This document shows, one piece after another, positions 58,655 to 64,000 of a stretch of 64,000 nt of DNA. Made by a program: the position numbers and the translations under genes. Under the pieces are notes generated by a model that saw nothing but the letters and a program-made list of their open reading frames with translations, did not search any database and was not told the origin of the DNA. Position 1 is the first letter of the stretch. Every line of letters begins with the position of its first letter. Location: contig NW_002060944.1 in the NCBI RefSeq assembly GCF_000150275.1, positions 2,704,152 to 2,768,151 of the forward strand, given 5' to 3'. The DNA comes from Trichoplax adhaerens. Its lineage: Eukaryota > Animalia > Placozoa.

Positions 58655-60068
58655 GGCTTCGTTTGTCGACAAGGAAACGAGGAACAAAGAGGTGTGGCTT
58701 ACTGACTGACCTCTCTTAATACTTTTGCTTATGTAAATTACGCAAGCGCAACTGGGATAAGCTACCCCGCAATAATCCTTCTTTATTGTTTGCAATCACA
58801 ATGGAAAACAATGCCAATGATCCTTACCGTAGTGACATCATGGTCATGTGATAGTCGATCATGAATACCGATACGAGTCTCAGCTGGAGTTTGTCTTGTC
58901 TTCCAACTGATTAGAGGGTAAAACTACGGCGGCCCTACCAGTTGTCTCGCCATACAGTTAAAAGGAAATTAGTTTGATCCACGGGGTAGTGGTGGCCACA
59001 TACCAGAGTAACTGCACATCAAAACAGGTAAATTAGATCAGAAAATAGAACGTTGTTCTCTAAATTAAAGTCGATGATGAAAGATTGAATAGGATATTGT
59101 GCTCTTATTACCTGCTTTATATGCTTTGAATTAAAAAAAATGGATAAGAAATAATTTCACTATTTTAATTGGAAAGTACTGCAGATCAAATCAACATGTC
59201 AACGTCATATTGCATGTTCCATTCATCTTGCAATAGGAGGCTCATTATTCATGGTATAATTATCGTGACCATGAAATAGACATTAGCTTGATCCTATTAT
59301 ATCCATTTTATCACTTTAGTTCAATAAATTAGGCGTTACTTTCTATTAATGAATGCTAGGATGAAAATTTTTCCGTGTCTATTGTAGAACAAAGTTTGGG
59401 GGGATAAAAAATACTGAGCTTAATTTTAGCTACAGTTCACGTTTAAAGGACGCTTAGGTAATAGAAACTTTAATGGACGATACTGTAATAGTTTTTGTTA
59501 GATGTTTCCTTGGTGAACCATCATAATCTTGTGTGAGCTTGTAAATGACATTTAGATATGACATTCGAAAATACAAGGGTGATATCGACTGCACTAAGAA
59601 TGACTCACTATCGCATAACACAATATCAGGCAGCATTGAAAACCTTTTAACCTTAATTTAAAATGGTCAGTTGTTTGTAGTGATGATATGAAACGTTTCA
59701 ATCGATTGGATGAATATTCGTTAAATATATAAAATAATAATTGAAAATTTGTTATAAATGAGTCTGGTAGCAAGCTAGCACTGGACTTGCATATAACTCG
59801 ATAGCAATCCTTAAAATGAGATAACATTTGAAAAACGTGTAGAGCACAATAACAACTTGATGTTTTTTGGCTCTAACTGTGCGTGTTGTTTTTGCAAGCT
59901 TGCTTCTACGTATACTCTTTTAACGACATGGAGACATAATAAAACAATCATTCTCTATTTTATAAAATTGCTTTCATTAGGAGGTCATTATACTGTGCAT
60001 TCCGCTAAAATGAATGGTACGATATTTATCAATTGAATGAACACTAAACCTATTAACAAAATTGTAAA

Positions 60069-63000
60069 ATGGCCGCTTCAGAAACCACTATTTCCGTTAC
60101 TTTCCAAGTTGAATATCAACCGGAAAATGGCAATGAGAAATTATTCCTTTGTGGAGACTTACCTGTAATAGGCGAATGGCAGCCCACGAAAGCCTTGAGA
60201 ATGACCCAATCAACAAGGTATAGTATCATACTGTGAAAGTCACAAAACGCGGTGATAAGCTTTTAAGGCCAATGAAATATTATAGGACTGCATGCTATAT
60301 GCATAATTTAGCTTTCTATCGTATTTTGCTTGCTCTTCAAGTTCATTTATTTGCGATATTTCGAACAAGGCAATTTCTACTTGCAGTCAGTTCAAAATTA
60401 GGACTATTTTGAACAAACCGAACATTGTTTGCAGTTAATCTTTCCATAATGTACAGTATATTCATTCTTGTTGCTGATTTACAGCACTGTATGTATCGTA
60501 CATTATCATGATATTATGGTTATGCACGGCTGATGCTTAGAGGGTACGATAGGAATATTATTGATCGAATATTCGTGATGATACAAAGTCTAGCATTATA
60601 CGGATAGTACGATGTGCTATCATTTCGAATTGGAATATACCCATACTCTTAAATTTACCCTGTAATAGGAGTGAATTGTTTAAAACTTGAAAGATATAAA
60701 GCTTACATTAGTCGACGCATGTACATGCAACCGTAATACTGTAACTATATGTACCGTACAGTAGAAAACCCTTAATTCATACTAAGTGGAATCGTAAGCG
60801 GATATCATCGTTGATAATAATATTGCATTGACATTGTATTTAAGTGCTATTATTATTACTATTATTACACGTAAATAAGGTGAGAAGATGACAATGATAG
60901 TCTGAATAAACTTTAACCATCAATATTGTTATGTGATTAATGCATGAGCAAGTTCTCTATCGGCACTTATACCCTTGCTTGTATTACTTACACAGAAGTC
61001 ATTGGCAGGCTAACATTAACTTACAGCCACGTACGACAGTTAAATACCGTTACGTAATATCCGAAGCCTATCAAGTACAGGATGAGGTCCAATCAGAACC
61101 AAATCAAGTTGCTGATACTATCATAGTTAAAAAATGGGAAAGTTTTAATATTTGCAGGCATCAAACTATTCGCTGTAAGTAATAGATGGCGTTATACCGA
61201 TACAGCATTACCGCAAATTCGTGACATACACGTATCTTAAATAATACAACAGTAATTTTGTAGATTTCTTTATATTGATTTAATTTCAAGAAATACAAAG
61301 TTGCTATGATACAGTAATACGCGTATATAGCCTTTAAGATAACTTTTAATTTATATATTTGAATTGTAGCGAGTTCTTCAACAATGAAAGTCGACGATGG
61401 TGCATTTGGCATGAAAGGTGTTTTTAGTGTCTTCAAACTACTATCGCTATATAAATTCCGCTCAGTCATGATTACAGTGCCCAAAACCGTAGTTTCTTCT
61501 TAATAAAATTAAAATTTAATTAACATTCTTCTAAAGTTATTGGCAGTAAGTTCGCGTCAGGCCACAATGCGTACACTTCTAGTAGATGTACATATTCATC
61601 GATGCTCATTTTATATTTCACAAGATAACGAAATTGCAATAAAAAAAGGTTGGCTTACGACAGAAAGTTACGTCAACATCTATTTGAATAACTCTATAAA
61701 AGAATCAGTCGTATTCTGGTCTCAGAAAACATTTATTGCTCCAGCCATCAAAGTTACTCCTTATTACGTACAACAATATCCGAATGTAAATAGTTTCTAG
61801 TATTTTATTCGACTCATTGTATCAGATATGCCTCGACTTTTTCTATCAGCACCTCATTATTTTCGCTCTTGAGAAATGCTATTTTAATTTTAGACCGGAG
61901 TGAATACGAATGTATACATCAAAATATTGGATGAAGGGAATCACTCTCCTAAGTTACAAGGCAATCATGGCACTTTTTGCGACAATAAATCGTTTTATGC
62001 CTTCACGTTTGGAACTTTCAACGTGAAAGAGCTAGTAAATTACCTTATTACAACTGTATTTTTGCCTTGATAAAATTATTCCCTAATTTTATCATTGTGA
62101 TGATTAGGGTGTTAAGCTAGAATTTCACGACCTTGACAAATCCAATTCCACAACTGCTACAGCATATATAGTACCATCTCGCCTATCTGAATCTACTGGG
62201 AGAGTAACTTCTCCAATAGTGTGTTGTACATCTGGTAACCTTCTAGGTGAAGTGACAAGTTAGTATCATAATTTAATGGCTTTTCTTATAACACCTTCCT
62301 TTGAGGATATGGTATCATATGCATTGAGTTAACTGTTCTTGATCTGGTCTCTCAATGACATGTATTTTGTTTGTTCTGCCATATTTATGATATTATAGTT
62401 GAGTATTTGGTCGTTAACCCAATACCGAAAATCAAGCTACCAGAAGTTTATATTGATGTTTTTAAATCTCTGTCAAGGCCTTTACTCATTGGGCATCGTG
62501 GGATGGGTGCACATGATGCTCAAGACGCGTAAGTGTAGTACATTCCAATGATAGTAAATCCAATTATCAAATGTGCTTATGAAGTAATGTACTCTATATT
62601 ATGTTGCTTTATCCGATGTATACTTGAGCAATCAACAACAATTAATATGGAATATAATACCGTTATACATGTATAGTGAATACATCGTTGAAGAGAATAC
62701 CATGGAAGCATTTAAACGAGCCTTCGAGGTAGATGACCGTCTAATTAAAGCTATTTATTAACTGTAAACTCTCTATTATAATAATTGGAATTGTCAATTC
62801 AGAAATACTATCTACGGCACAACTTGCACATAAGTAATGACTTTTACAAAAAAAGTAAGACAGTAAGATTGTGTATGTTCGTATTTTACAATCTTGGCAA
62901 TATTCAAAGTTAGTTCCCTTACAAAATGTCGTCCTATGTATTAAGCTTTTATGCTTAACCTTATTTTAAGCATTGGTATCGATTGATCTGAGTTTGCTTA

Positions 63001-64000
63001 TTTAATTACTTGTGTTTAGACCTGTACAAATATAAATTGTAATAGTGACATAACTATACAGACATTGTAAACATTGAGGAACTTTTCGTATCAGTTATCT
63101 ATTTACTAGACGTTTAATACAAAATAGTAATAGACATTTCGGAATAAATTACTTATCAGCAGTAAATTTTATTTTTTCACATACACTCTCGTATTCTATC
63201 TTATATCCTTTTACATGTATATATGTTATGCGATACTATACTACCGTTAGAAATAGTACTCTAGAAAACCGCTATATAGTGGCTTTAATTCAGCTATTTT
63301 CGAAGCTTAATCATGTATCTATAGAAAATAAATGCTAGATTATCAAATTCCTCGCACGCTTTTAATAGAGATATCTGGACCCAATCGTTACATATCAATC
63401 GATAGGCTTGTCGCAGTAACAGTGCCTATTTATGCATATATTTTACTTTCTACCGGATAGGGATTGCACCCAAGCTTGTATCGGATAAATTATAATTATT
63501 AAGAGAATACTGCAGGTGTGCAGTTCCATAAAACAAACTCGTATATAAGGTCCAGCGCCACCCTTACTTCCAACCTACGATTTATATTGCAGTAGTTACA
63601 TTCATAAATCATATATACGCTGCAAATAATGAACCATTTTTATTATTAACGTTGTCATATTTGACTTGCAGGAAATATTTATATAAACCTAGTAATGTAA
63701 TACCTAAACATTCGTTTCTGAATTCTAGGAAAAAGTCGACATGGTTGAGTTTGATATTCAAATGGATGCAGATGGAGAAATAGTGATATATCATGACTTC
63801 AACATTGACCTCCATGCTCTGGTACTTAACATATAATTTATTTGATCCTATTAAAGAAATCTGATAGCAAGAATTTACTTTAACCTACTTACTTTGATAT
63901 ATAATTGATTATAATTGATATTGATTACAGAGAGCAAGGGATAATATTAAATGTCACCGGTGTCCAGTGAAGAATCTCAGTGTTCAACAGTTGAAAGCCT
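60069..64000 (+). CDS. GPCPD1: Glycerophosphocholine phosphodiesterase (CBM20 + GDPD), 3' partial
   Basis: CBM20 (VTFQV...LFLCGDLPVIGEWQPTKAL; VKYRY; VKKWES), then GWLT and GDPD motifs IGHRGMG, EENTMEAF and VEFDIQMDADGEIVIYHDF. The gene runs off the window end. Confidence 0.92.

Overview
This is AT-rich, gene-dense animal genomic DNA with short GT-AG introns. The architecture and gene set suggest a placozoan such as Trichoplax, which is an inference and not proven. Splicing exons by hand gives 15 protein genes: PSMB1 (5' partial), a signal-peptide/C2H2/TM protein, LSM2, EDF1/MBF1, ATG5, DHPS, COQ4, a cytochrome P450, a PH+IRS-type-PTB docking protein, GAPVD1, GLMP, CDC73, an STKLD1-like kinase-ARM protein and GPCPD1 (3' partial). 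Ten of these sit in five head-to-head pairs. Four signals stand out. (1) Dense, orientation-flipping (TACAG/CTGTA)n arrays sit at the 5' ends of the housekeeping genes and look like a lineage-specific promoter code. (2) Many human orthologues of these genes map to the MHC paralogon. (3) The STKLD1 orthologue keeps intact catalytic motifs although the human protein is a pseudokinase. (4) A ~2 kb gene-free stretch may be a CpG-decayed relic of an Arg-rich, possibly viral, ORF. Most short ORFs in the supplied track are intron read-through, antisense shadows or repeat artefacts. No rRNA, tRNA, CRISPR array or intact transposon was recognised.
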